Source: a candidate division FCPU426 bacterium
Lineage (GTDB): Bacteria > Oederibacteriota > Muellerivitia > Muellerivitales > Muellerivitaceae
Assembly: GCA_963796105.1 (NCBI GenBank)
Contig: CAWCKJ010000002.1
Span: 128,001-192,000, forward strand
Length of the DNA: 64,000 nucleotides
Reading direction: 5' to 3'
Below the pieces are notes generated by a model. The model searched no databases, was not told the origin of the DNA, and saw only the letters and a program-made list of their open reading frames with translations. The position numbers were made by a program, and so were the translations under genes. Of the stretch, positions 55,068 to 64,000 are shown one piece after another; the stretch's first letter is position 1; each line of letters opens with the position of its first letter.

Positions 55068-58000
55068 ATGAATCAATTGATTAAATTGAATCGGATATTT
55101 TTAATCACGGTGCTTTTGCTTTTCCCTGCGGCGATTACGCTCGCCGACTTCAACCTGGGCATCATCTCGGCAATAAAAAATGAGCTGAAGTTCAAGCCGG
55201 AAGCAACTCCCCCGACCCCAACCCCGACCAATTTCGGGGGCTACACCAGCACCCCGACCGACACCCCCATGCCTACCTTGACTGACACCCCTACTTACAC
55301 GTTGACGGAAACTTCGACCGAAACGCACACCAAAACCCCGACGCTCACTAACACCTCCACCGACACATTCACAAAAACACCCACTCCTACGCTGACGGCG
55401 TCAAATACTCCTACGGACACGATGACGCCGACTTCATCCTTTACTGCCACACCCACCGCCACGGCAACCCCGACGCCTACCGCCACCTCCACCTTTACAT
55501 TCACTCATACCCCAACCAATACTCCTGCGGTTACAAACACTCCTACTGACACAATGACGCCCACCTTAACGGATACGACTACGCCGACACCGTCGGCTAC
55601 GTCCACCGCTACGGCAACGCCGACCTATACCAACACGTTTACAAACACATTAACGCCCTCGAACACAATAACGAATACCCCGACTGTCACCAATACGCCA
55701 ACGACCACCGATACCCCGACTAACACACCGACCGTTACAAACACACCCACCAACTCGCCTACGGTCACGAACACTCCGACTCAAACCCCGACTATCACGA
55801 ACACCCCTACCAACACACCGACCATTACGAACACGCCCACCAATACGCCAACGACCACCGATACCCCGACTAACACACCGACCGTTACAAACACACCCAC
55901 CAACTCGCCTACGGTCACGAACACTCCGACTCAAACCCCGACTATCACGAACACCCCTACCAACACACCGACCATTACGAACACGCCCACCAATACGCCA
56001 ACGACCACCGATACCCCGACTAACACACCGACCGTTACAAACACACCCACCAACTCGCCTACGGTCACCAATACCTCGACTCAAACCCCGACTATCACGA
56101 ACACCCCTACCAACACACCGACTATCACCAATACCCCAACTAACACACCGACCATTACAAACACACCCACCAACTCGCCTACGATCGCAAACACTTCGAC
56201 TCAAACCCCGACTATCACGAACACCCCTACCAACACACCGACTATCACCAATACCCCAACTAACACACCGACCATTACAAACACACCCACCAACTCGCCT
56301 ACGGTCACAAACACTTCGACTCAAACCCCGACTATCACGAACACCTCTACCAACACACCAACTATTACTAACACGCCCACCAACACGCCAACGACCACCA
56401 ATACCCCGACTAACACACCAACCATTACCAACACGCCAACGATCACCAATACCCCGACTAACACACCGACCGTTACAAACACAACCACCAACTCGCCTAC
56501 GGTCACAAACACTTCGACTCAAACCCCGACTATCACAAAAACCCCTACCAACACACCGACTATTACAAACACGTCTACAAATACCGTAACTAATACTCCG
56601 ACAGCCACTCCCACCTATACGAACACTTCCACTTACACCTACAGCTACACCCAAACGGCGACGGATACGACTACGCCGACACCGTCGGCTACGCTCACCG
56701 CAACGCCAACGCTGACCGATACCAGTACATCAACAAATGCTCCTACGGATACGCCCACGAACCTGGGAGGATATACAAGTACGCCAACTGACACTCCCAC
56801 GCCTACCCCGACCAATTTCGGGGGCTACACCAGCACCCCGACAAACACCCAGACTCCAACGGATACCCAAACCGACACTACAACCAATACTCCAACGAGT
56901 ACTTCCACGAACACTTTGATACCCACGGATACTCCTTCCAATTCGCCAACGAATTCAACCACCGCGACGCCTACAACTACTAACACCTTCACGCCCTCCA
57001 GCACAAATACCTCCTCAAACACCTCGACTCCAACCGCGACTTCTACTTCCACGACAACAGCCACGAACTCGCCCACCAATACATTTACCATTACTCCTTC
57101 ACCCACGGTCACGAGCACTCCGACGGTCACCTATTCGCCCACGAATACCTTCACGCCGACGAATACTTCCACGCCGACGCCGGATCCTTATGTCATCACG
57201 GGAACAGCGCAATACACTGGACCCAACAATACCTCAGGGAAATATCTGCTGGTGTGGGCAACCACCAACCTCAACGGAAACGGCAACTCGGCGTCCGTGG
57301 CGTTGACACCTTCCGCCAGCCCCATTCCATACACGCTTAATCTTCCCGGACCGGGGAATTACATCGTTCTGGCTTTCTTGACGAGCTCGCAAAATTTCAA
57401 TAACGGGGGGCCGTCCGCTGGCGACCCCTATATGATTTACGGCGGAACCACCAACGCCTGTCTTACATCCGGAACGCCTACAACCCTAGTATTTGCCGCG
57501 CCGGGGCCCTCGACGCAAACCGCCAACCTGAGTTTCGACAACGGGTGCATGATATACGGAGTTTCAGGGCCCATTACCTTCACCGGAACCGGCGCTGTCA
57601 ACGGGCACAATTCTTTGTACGTCCAGGGGTATATTGATCAGAATTACTTGACCCCGGTGAGCGGAGGGTCCAAATCGGCTACGGTGAATGGGGGCACTTA
57701 CAGCGTGTTGAGTCTGTCCGGGGCCGCTTCGATCTGGCTCCAGGCCTATTACGATCAATCTGGAAACGGGGGCAACGGGCCGGCGACCTGCGATCCCGTG
57801 ACGAACTGGGGGCCTGTGTCGGTGGGAAATACAGCTGTCTCGAATTACGGGATTACCTTGACCAGCCAAAACCTATACAACTGCAATAGCAGTTTATCCG
57901 GGCTCGTCTATTATTCAGGAATCGGGTCTGTCGGGCCGTCACATCCCATCGTGATCAGGGCCGTTACCTGCTCAGGAAACGGGGGATGCAATACTATCGC

Positions 58001-61000
58001 GGACGCGGTCGTGACTCAAAGCGGGGGGACATATTTCGTGGGCCTCCCTAACGGATCCTATTACATCACTGAGGAATACGTGGCAGACGCTGGGGCCTCC
58101 TGGTCAAACGGATCCTATGCCATGGGCAGTTATGTGCAGAATTCCGACGGGTCCTGTTGCGGGAGCGGGCCTAGTGGCTACAGCACCCCGGTTGTAGTTA
58201 ACAATTCCACTGTGAAGGACCTGAGTTTCTCGAGCAGCTGCCAGCAAATAGAGGGCTTCACAGGAACCCTGACCTATACCGGTTCCCAGGGAAGCCCAAC
58301 CTGCAACAACGGACCCAACACGGAAATATGGGTCATGGCAGTGACCCAGGCCGCCCCTGACATTGAAAACGGTAATATGGCGAATGTCTGCGATAACGGT
58401 GACACTTACTCGATTGAGATAGGCGGTTTGTGCTCTGGACCGATTACCTCCACCTATTACCTGAGGGCCTGGTTCGACAATGCGGGGGCCAACGCGACAA
58501 GCTGCTGCCAGGGGCCTGTGGCAGGGGAGCCATGGACGGTGCTGGGGCCATATACGCCCAGCGCCAATCCCACGCCGATCAATATCAGCATCGGCGATTC
58601 CAACACCTGGGTACCGCCGGTCAGCACTCCCACGGATATCACCAACAATATCAATGGTTCATGTGTGTTTGGAAACACCAATGGACTCGCCGACAGCTAC
58701 AGCGTGACGGTTTACAGCCAAGCCGACAGCATCACCACCACTTACGGATCCGGGGCGGGCGACGCCGTATACTCCTTCACGCTAAGCCAGCCCACCAACC
58801 TATTCTTGAACCTCTGCGGGGCGTCCGGCAACGGTTTCAATTCACCGGTGCTATACCTGATGACGGATTTGACGCATACCAGCACGACGTTCGCCTTGGA
58901 TGAGAACTCGGCGTACTGTTCGGATCATTCCCCCGCGTTGGTGACAGGGCTCCTTCAGCCGGGGACCTACTACGCGATAGTGGACGGGACGCAAGCGGGT
59001 GATTCAGGAAACTTCAACTTGTGCGTAAACACCTTCAATCCCAACTGCTCGCTGAACCCCGTATCGACTCCGGTGACGCTGGGGGCGGGAGTCACGACCG
59101 GGGGATTGGGGACGGTGACGGCGGACGCGGCGGGAGCGGGACATGTGGATTGGAATTTCGAGTACACGAACAGCTGGACCTTCACTCCAGGGGTTGCGGG
59201 CAACTACCAGATTTCGCTGGACTGTTTCGACGACGGATCAAACAAGGCCCAAGTGGCTTACGATTTGTACGACTCAACCGGCAACCCCATAGCGACCTCC
59301 AACGGGAATGACAACCTGGACCAATTGACGCTGAGCTTGACCCAACAGCAATACACGGTGGTGGTATTCCCGCCGAACGAGAATGAGCCGAGCGGGGACT
59401 ATCGACTGGTGATCCAGACATCAAACTCCACGCCGACACTTACCCCCACACCGACCAACTCTCTCACCTCCACCCCGACAGGTTCAGCCACGGCCACGCC
59501 CACGATTACGCCAACGATTACTCTGACTCCGACTCAAACCTCCACCCCGACCGTGACGAGCACTCCGACCCAGACCTCCACGCCCACCATCGATCCCTAC
59601 GTTATCACCGGGCAGATCACCTACAACGGCGGTAATTCCCAAGCAGGACTAAATCTGCTGGCCTTCGCGACCACCTGCCTAAACGGTTGCAACGGCAACG
59701 GCAAAATGGTTTTTGATCTCCACTCTCCTCCCGGCCCCGTCGACTACACTCTAAACCTTCCGGGACCTGGCCAATACACCTTGGGCGTCTTCCTGACTGC
59801 CAATACGAGTCTTCAAAACCAATCTCCTAACGTAGGGGATTCTTACGCGGTTTATAACAGCTCGGGGAACGTGTGCTTAGGTCAAAGCCCTACGACCATC
59901 GATATGAGTTCTCCCTCTACCCAAACAGTGAACCTTACCTTCGGGGATTCCTGCCAGTTCTATGGGGTTTCTGGAACCATTCATTACAACGGCAGCGGTC
60001 AGGTAAATGGCAGTAACCGACTCAGGGTGATGGGTTATCTTGATTCCAATTATTTGACGCCCGTGGCCGGCGGGGGAAATGACGGAGTCTCGGTTAATGG
60101 CGGATCCTACCAAGTGGTCAATATGTCGGGCTCGAGTCAGATGTACCTTCAGGCTTATTACGACGCTGGCGGCAACGCCAGCAACGGCGTGACCAATTGC
60201 GATCCATATATCAACCTCGGTCAAGTCACATCAAATCCGCCCAGCACCGGATATAACATCACCTTTGATGGTTCCAACCTATACAACTGCACGAATACCC
60301 TGTCAGGAAATGTCAACTTTAATGGAACAGGATCGGTCAGCCCATCGAATCCCATTATCGTGCGGGCATGGTCCTGCACCATATCAGGACCCTCCACCAA
60401 TTGCGGTCCGGCGGCTTACAGCGTTGTGACTTCTAACCACGGAAGTTACTTTATGGGAATGCCCAATACGGGCAATTACTACGTGACCGAGGAATACGTT
60501 GCCTCCGCGGGCGCTTCTTGGTCCCCAGGGAGCTACGCCATCGGGAGCTACATCCAAAACTCTAATGGCGCCTGTTGCGGTGGACCCAACGGAATGGGAA
60601 ACCCTATCAATGTCAGCAGCGCGGTGGTAACCAATTTGACCTTTAGCGACTCCTGTACGCAAATCAAGGGCTTTATTGGAACCCTTAGCTACAACGGCTC
60701 CCAGGGCGGTCCTTCCTGTAACAACGGAGCGAGTACTCAAATTTGGGTTATGGCGGTTACTCAGACCGCCCCGGACACCGAGAACAATTACATGACCAAT
60801 GTCTGCGATAACGGAGACAACTACTCGATGGAGATGGGCGGTTTGTGCTCGGGTCAGTATGGGACCTCCTATTATCTGAGGGCTTGGTTTGACAGCGCTG
60901 GGGTGAATTCGAACAGTTGTTGCCAGGGGCCTGCGGCAGGTGAACCCTGGACGGTGCTGGGGCCTTTTACCGTTACGGCAAACCCAACCCCCATCAATAT

Positions 61001-61730
61001 CACCATTACGGATAATAATGTCTGGAGTATTGGGGGAAGTACTCCTACCATTACACCCACGGCTACCCCGAACTGCGGAGGCCCTTATTCCATGTCAGGG
61101 AGTGTTACCTATACCGGGCCGACTAGTAGTGGGTCCAGTCTTCTCGTGGTAGTGCCACCAGCAAATGGTGGGAATTGCAGTACTCAAAATTCTGTGGTAT
61201 CCGGAACACAAGGACCCTACAACATTTCAAATTTAGGGCCTGGCTCATACAACGTCATAGGCCTTTATGGAACATTCAATAATGGGCCGAATCTAGGGGA
61301 CTATATCGCTTTTTATAACGGCGGAGGGGCGGGAACTTGCGCGAATCCTTTTCAGTCAACCATCACGAATTCCAGCTTATCGGGGATCGATCTCACTTTT
61401 GACAATACATATCAGTTATATGGAATCAACGCCAACTTGAGCTACACCGGATCCCATACGAGTTGGGTTAATGTCGGGATTTTTACTGACAGCGCTTATA
61501 CCAACAAAATTAACAGCAAGTCCTTGAACAACGGTGTTTATACCGGCACCATCACCCTCGTCGACAACAATCTTCTGTGTGGTTCTGAAACAGTGTATGT
61601 CATGGCGTGGGTCGGGACTAACAACAACGGACCAAACACGGGAGATCCTTACGTTCAGCTTGGCCCTACCACCACTGTGGCTGACTCAACTTCTCTCACA
61701 ATTAATTTTGCGGACGGAAATATCAAATAA
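55068..61730 (+). CDS. Giant secreted Thr/Pro-rich (mucin-like), Cys-rich repetitive surface protein
   Basis: Signal peptide; ~650-aa TNTPT repeat stalk; two ~480-aa homologous Cys-rich modules starting DPYVITG. Confidence 0.88.
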   Translation: MNQLIKLNRIFLITVLLLFPAAITLADFNLGIISAIKNELKFKPEATPPTPTPTNFGGYTSTPTDTPMPTLTDTPTYTLTETSTETHTKTPTLTNTSTDTFTKTPTPTLTASNTPTDTMTPTSSFTATPTATATPTPTATSTFTFTHTPTNTPAVTNTPTDTMTPTLTDTTTPTPSATSTATATPTYTNTFTNTLTPSNTITNTPTVTNTPTTTDTPTNTPTVTNTPTNSPTVTNTPTQTPTITNTPTNTPTITNTPTNTPTTTDTPTNTPTVTNTPTNSPTVTNTPTQTPTITNTPTNTPTITNTPTNTPTTTDTPTNTPTVTNTPTNSPTVTNTSTQTPTITNTPTNTPTITNTPTNTPTITNTPTNSPTIANTSTQTPTITNTPTNTPTITNTPTNTPTITNTPTNSPTVTNTSTQTPTITNTSTNTPTITNTPTNTPTTTNTPTNTPTITNTPTITNTPTNTPTVTNTTTNSPTVTNTSTQTPTITKTPTNTPTITNTSTNTVTNTPTATPTYTNTSTYTYSYTQTATDTTTPTPSATLTATPTLTDTSTSTNAPTDTPTNLGGYTSTPTDTPTPTPTNFGGYTSTPTNTQTPTDTQTDTTTNTPTSTSTNTLIPTDTPSNSPTNSTTATPTTTNTFTPSSTNTSSNTSTPTATSTSTTTATNSPTNTFTITPSPTVTSTPTVTYSPTNTFTPTNTSTPTPDPYVITGTAQYTGPNNTSGKYLLVWATTNLNGNGNSASVALTPSASPIPYTLNLPGPGNYIVLAFLTSSQNFNNGGPSAGDPYMIYGGTTNACLTSGTPTTLVFAAPGPSTQTANLSFDNGCMIYGVSGPITFTGTGAVNGHNSLYVQGYIDQNYLTPVSGGSKSATVNGGTYSVLSLSGAASIWLQAYYDQSGNGGNGPATCDPVTNWGPVSVGNTAVSNYGITLTSQNLYNCNSSLSGLVYYSGIGSVGPSHPIVIRAVTCSGNGGCNTIADAVVTQSGGTYFVGLPNGSYYITEEYVADAGASWSNGSYAMGSYVQNSDGSCCGSGPSGYSTPVVVNNSTVKDLSFSSSCQQIEGFTGTLTYTGSQGSPTCNNGPNTEIWVMAVTQAAPDIENGNMANVCDNGDTYSIEIGGLCSGPITSTYYLRAWFDNAGANATSCCQGPVAGEPWTVLGPYTPSANPTPINISIGDSNTWVPPVSTPTDITNNINGSCVFGNTNGLADSYSVTVYSQADSITTTYGSGAGDAVYSFTLSQPTNLFLNLCGASGNGFNSPVLYLMTDLTHTSTTFALDENSAYCSDHSPALVTGLLQPGTYYAIVDGTQAGDSGNFNLCVNTFNPNCSLNPVSTPVTLGAGVTTGGLGTVTADAAGAGHVDWNFEYTNSWTFTPGVAGNYQISLDCFDDGSNKAQVAYDLYDSTGNPIATSNGNDNLDQLTLSLTQQQYTVVVFPPNENEPSGDYRLVIQTSNSTPTLTPTPTNSLTSTPTGSATATPTITPTITLTPTQTSTPTVTSTPTQTSTPTIDPYVITGQITYNGGNSQAGLNLLAFATTCLNGCNGNGKMVFDLHSPPGPVDYTLNLPGPGQYTLGVFLTANTSLQNQSPNVGDSYAVYNSSGNVCLGQSPTTIDMSSPSTQTVNLTFGDSCQFYGVSGTIHYNGSGQVNGSNRLRVMGYLDSNYLTPVAGGGNDGVSVNGGSYQVVNMSGSSQMYLQAYYDAGGNASNGVTNCDPYINLGQVTSNPPSTGYNITFDGSNLYNCTNTLSGNVNFNGTGSVSPSNPIIVRAWSCTISGPSTNCGPAAYSVVTSNHGSYFMGMPNTGNYYVTEEYVASAGASWSPGSYAIGSYIQNSNGACCGGPNGMGNPINVSSAVVTNLTFSDSCTQIKGFIGTLSYNGSQGGPSCNNGASTQIWVMAVTQTAPDTENNYMTNVCDNGDNYSMEMGGLCSGQYGTSYYLRAWFDSAGVNSNSCCQGPAAGEPWTVLGPFTVTANPTPINITITDNNVWSIGGSTPTITPTATPNCGGPYSMSGSVTYTGPTSSGSSLLVVVPPANGGNCSTQNSVVSGTQGPYNISNLGPGSYNVIGLYGTFNNGPNLGDYIAFYNGGGAGTCANPFQSTITNSSLSGIDLTFDNTYQLYGINANLSYTGSHTSWVNVGIFTDSAYTNKINSKSLNNGVYTGTITLVDNNLLCGSETVYVMAWVGTNNNGPNTGDPYVQLGPTTTVADSTSLTINFADGNIK
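55680..56580 (+). repeat. Coding tandem repeat, 30-bp subunits in 150- and 120-bp periods
   Basis: caatacgccaacgaccaccg at 55691, 55841, 55991; acacacccaccaactcgcct at 55741, 55891, 56041, 56161, 56281. Confidence 0.9.
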
Positions 61731-61975
61731 GATTCTCAAGTTAAATCCTAACTGCCCTTTTCTGATATGGATTGGAGCTTTTTTATTGTAGTGTTCGGAC
61801 TACATATAGGGACGAGGGTACTCAACCCTCTTGATGGAAAGGGCTGGGAACTGAGAGAAAACACACTATTTTTGTTGAAACTTTTTTCCGGCTCCTTGCG
61901 TCCTAATTGTGGCTTGCTGAAAAGGTGGCTTCAAAGAGGCCTTTCCGGAAAAAGGCCAAATCTAGGAGGAATAAA

Positions 61976-62320
61976 ATGAAAAAGTTCATCGTGGTGTTGT
62001 GTGGGTTGATGTTTCTGGGAGCCGCTGGCATGGCTATGGCGCAAGATGCTAACGGAAAAAATCCGGCTATGAGCCCGAAGGCTAGGCTTCACCGCCAGCA
62101 TAAAAGGATCATGCAGGGAGTGAAGAGCGGGAAGATCAGCAAAGCCCAGCACAAGCAATTAGCCCAAGAGGGAAAGATTATCAACAAAGAGCGCAAGGCC
62201 GACCTGAGGAAAGACGGCGGAAAACTGGACAAGCAAGACCGCGCGAATTTGGAATCCCAGGAGAATCTTCGCTCCAAACAGATTTATGATGACAAGCATC
62301 CAGCTCCTGCGAATCAGTAA
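61976..62320 (+). CDS. Small secreted basic helical protein
   Basis: GGAGG RBS, MKKF signal peptide, R...Q..RI.QGVKSG.I...E pattern. Confidence 0.8.
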   Translation: MKKFIVVLCGLMFLGAAGMAMAQDANGKNPAMSPKARLHRQHKRIMQGVKSGKISKAQHKQLAQEGKIINKERKADLRKDGGKLDKQDRANLESQENLRSKQIYDDKHPAPANQ

Positions 62321-62363
62321 GGTTTAAAAACATCAGCTTCGGTGAATTATTCCGAGGCACCAG

Positions 62364-62395
62364 AAGGGCGGGGAATTATATCCCCGCCCTTTTTT
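62364..62395 (+). terminator. Rho-independent terminator
   Basis: AAGGGCGGGGA-attata-TCCCCGCCCTT followed by a T run. Confidence 0.85.
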
Positions 62396-62551
62396 ATTTC
62401 GGGTCAAATCGATTAAATATCCGGGGTTTCTATGGAATCCATGGGGGCGTCTTCCGCTCCGCAAAGAGAAGGCCTTCCTTTATTAGTAAAGAGATGTAAC
62501 CTTTTTCATGGGTTGAAACGTCTAAATATTACACGGATTTGAACATTATCC

Positions 62552-63787
62552 ATGAAGAAGAGGTGCGCCATGAATAAAACTGTCTTGATCCTTTCCTTGA
62601 TTTTCCTTTTTCCCTGTTCAATGGCGTTGGCTCTTCATGAATCTGGAGGTGGATTTTCCGGAGGAGGAAGTGGAGGAGACCGCGGGAATTCGGGGGCCGG
62701 GGGCGGTGGGTATAACGGAACTGATACCACTAGGTCCACGGCTGTGGACAATAAAACCGACGCCAGGGAATCAACCGGCACCACCCGGGTCCGGTCCGCA
62801 GGCAATAAAACATTGGGCAATAGAACCCTTGGAAACTCATGGCGTATCGGAAACTCGTGGAATCGATCCAGGCTAAACGGGACGAGCCGTTTCAGGGCGA
62901 ATAATACCCCGCACCATTTCAACCATTCCAACGGAACCGCGGGATACAACGGCTCATCCTTTTCCCGGAGGGTAAACACGAACCACTTCGCAAGCTCAGG
63001 CTCTGCCGCGAAAGGAAAAACGCTTCCCATGAGCTTACAACATTCCTCCATGGGTCTACCAACAAAGGGGCCGGGTGGAAAACCTTTCTCCGCTTCCCTC
63101 GTATCACCCAAACTCATGAGCTCTTCCGCTATGAAGGTGCGTATGTCTTCGATTGCTCAAAGCAAGGGTTTAATCGGAAAGATTGGAGCTTTCAACAAAG
63201 CCGAAACCCTAAGAAACCATTATTATTGGCATACTTGGGGTGGTTACCCTTACGCCCACTATTGGGATGGGTGGGGAGGCAACTGGTACGGCTGGTGCTG
63301 GGGAAATTCTTTCTTTTGGACGCAATTTTACGGGGACAACTGGTGGTGGTACGACCCCTATGGGGCCCGCTGGTGCTATTGGTGGAATAACGGCTGGTGC
63401 TGGAACGATCCCGAGACTACAGTGGTTTATGTCTATCAGAACGGAAATTATAGTCCAGCCAACGGAAGCGAAAATGACAACTACCAAGCGAACCAATCGC
63501 AACAAGAGGAAAGCAGCAATAGCGTCGGCGAGCAACAGGCTGATGGAGCCGTGGCCTTCCACAGCCCCGATGGGTCTCTTATGGTCAAGGTGCTCACAGG
63601 CGGGGATGCCTTCCTTTACAACCAGGAAAATCCCGGTTCAAAACCAGTCTTCCTTGATTCCCATGTTTCAGACGTGAAGTTCAGCAATCAGGGCAGAGGA
63701 ACCACGAGGGTTCTCCTGATCATGGACGACGGCAGTTTTGAGACTTATGGTTCTGATGGTATACCGGAGGGGCAAGCCAAGAGCTGA
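62552..63787 (+). CDS. Secreted protein with Gly/Ser/Asn-rich N-terminus and Trp/Tyr-rich central region
   Basis: Signal peptide, low-complexity region, HYYWHTWGG...WWWYDP...WCYWW segment. Confidence 0.75.
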   Translation: MKKRCAMNKTVLILSLIFLFPCSMALALHESGGGFSGGGSGGDRGNSGAGGGGYNGTDTTRSTAVDNKTDARESTGTTRVRSAGNKTLGNRTLGNSWRIGNSWNRSRLNGTSRFRANNTPHHFNHSNGTAGYNGSSFSRRVNTNHFASSGSAAKGKTLPMSLQHSSMGLPTKGPGGKPFSASLVSPKLMSSSAMKVRMSSIAQSKGLIGKIGAFNKAETLRNHYYWHTWGGYPYAHYWDGWGGNWYGWCWGNSFFWTQFYGDNWWWYDPYGARWCYWWNNGWCWNDPETTVVYVYQNGNYSPANGSENDNYQANQSQQEESSNSVGEQQADGAVAFHSPDGSLMVKVLTGGDAFLYNQENPGSKPVFLDSHVSDVKFSNQGRGTTRVLLIMDDGSFETYGSDGIPEGQAKS

Positions 63788-64000
63788 TGCCAAGAGATAA
63801 TAAGACAGTAATCGATCTTGAATAAAAATTGGTTTATAATTTCAGGTAAGTTTTTAAAAAATTAATAGTTGGACTAAAGGAATCAGAAAAAACTGGTTCC
63901 TTTGTCGTTTATGGCGTGGTGAAAAACTGGGTGGACTGGTCTATACACCAGTAGTCAGAATTGAAGGATTCCACGATTAAATTGTATTGGGTTTTTGAAG

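Overview
Bacterial chromosomal window from a diderm organism; the taxon cannot be fixed from sequence alone. Most of it (about 5.6-47 kb) is a large mosaic Wzx/Wzy surface-polysaccharide locus. It holds wecA, a WecB/TagA-type glycosyltransferase (GT), many GT2/GT4 genes, two flippases, wzy, wzc, wza, a VioA-like aminotransferase, two ATP-grasp enzymes, a radical SAM protein, methyl- and acetyltransferases, a deacetylase and a GH56-like hydrolase. Seven type II/VII toxin-antitoxin (TA) pairs punctuate it, along with an intact IS1595-family element, an ORF6N gene and a Y1/HUH tyrosine transposase with perfect 27-bp terminal inverted repeats (TIRs). The right third encodes envelope proteins: three paralogous small beta-barrel domains, an NHL-repeat lipoprotein, a TPR+barrel protein and a 2220-aa Thr/Pro-rich, Cys-rich surface protein. 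The most striking signal is non-coding. Around the tyrosine transposase is a family of 75-79-bp twin-hairpin mini-elements that insert precisely at CA/TG dinucleotides; empty and filled sites are both visible in this window. They nest reciprocally with a 64-bp module, sit in degenerate ~80-bp scaffold arrays whose hairpins show compensatory changes, and form a perfect 8x75-bp head-to-tail array beside the transposase. A second repeat class, inverted heptamer brackets, flanks a four-helix-bundle gene and a two-gene PLP cassette, separates tandem GT4 paralogues, and lies in frame in the wza N-terminus. All family calls come from motif recognition by eye, not database searches.
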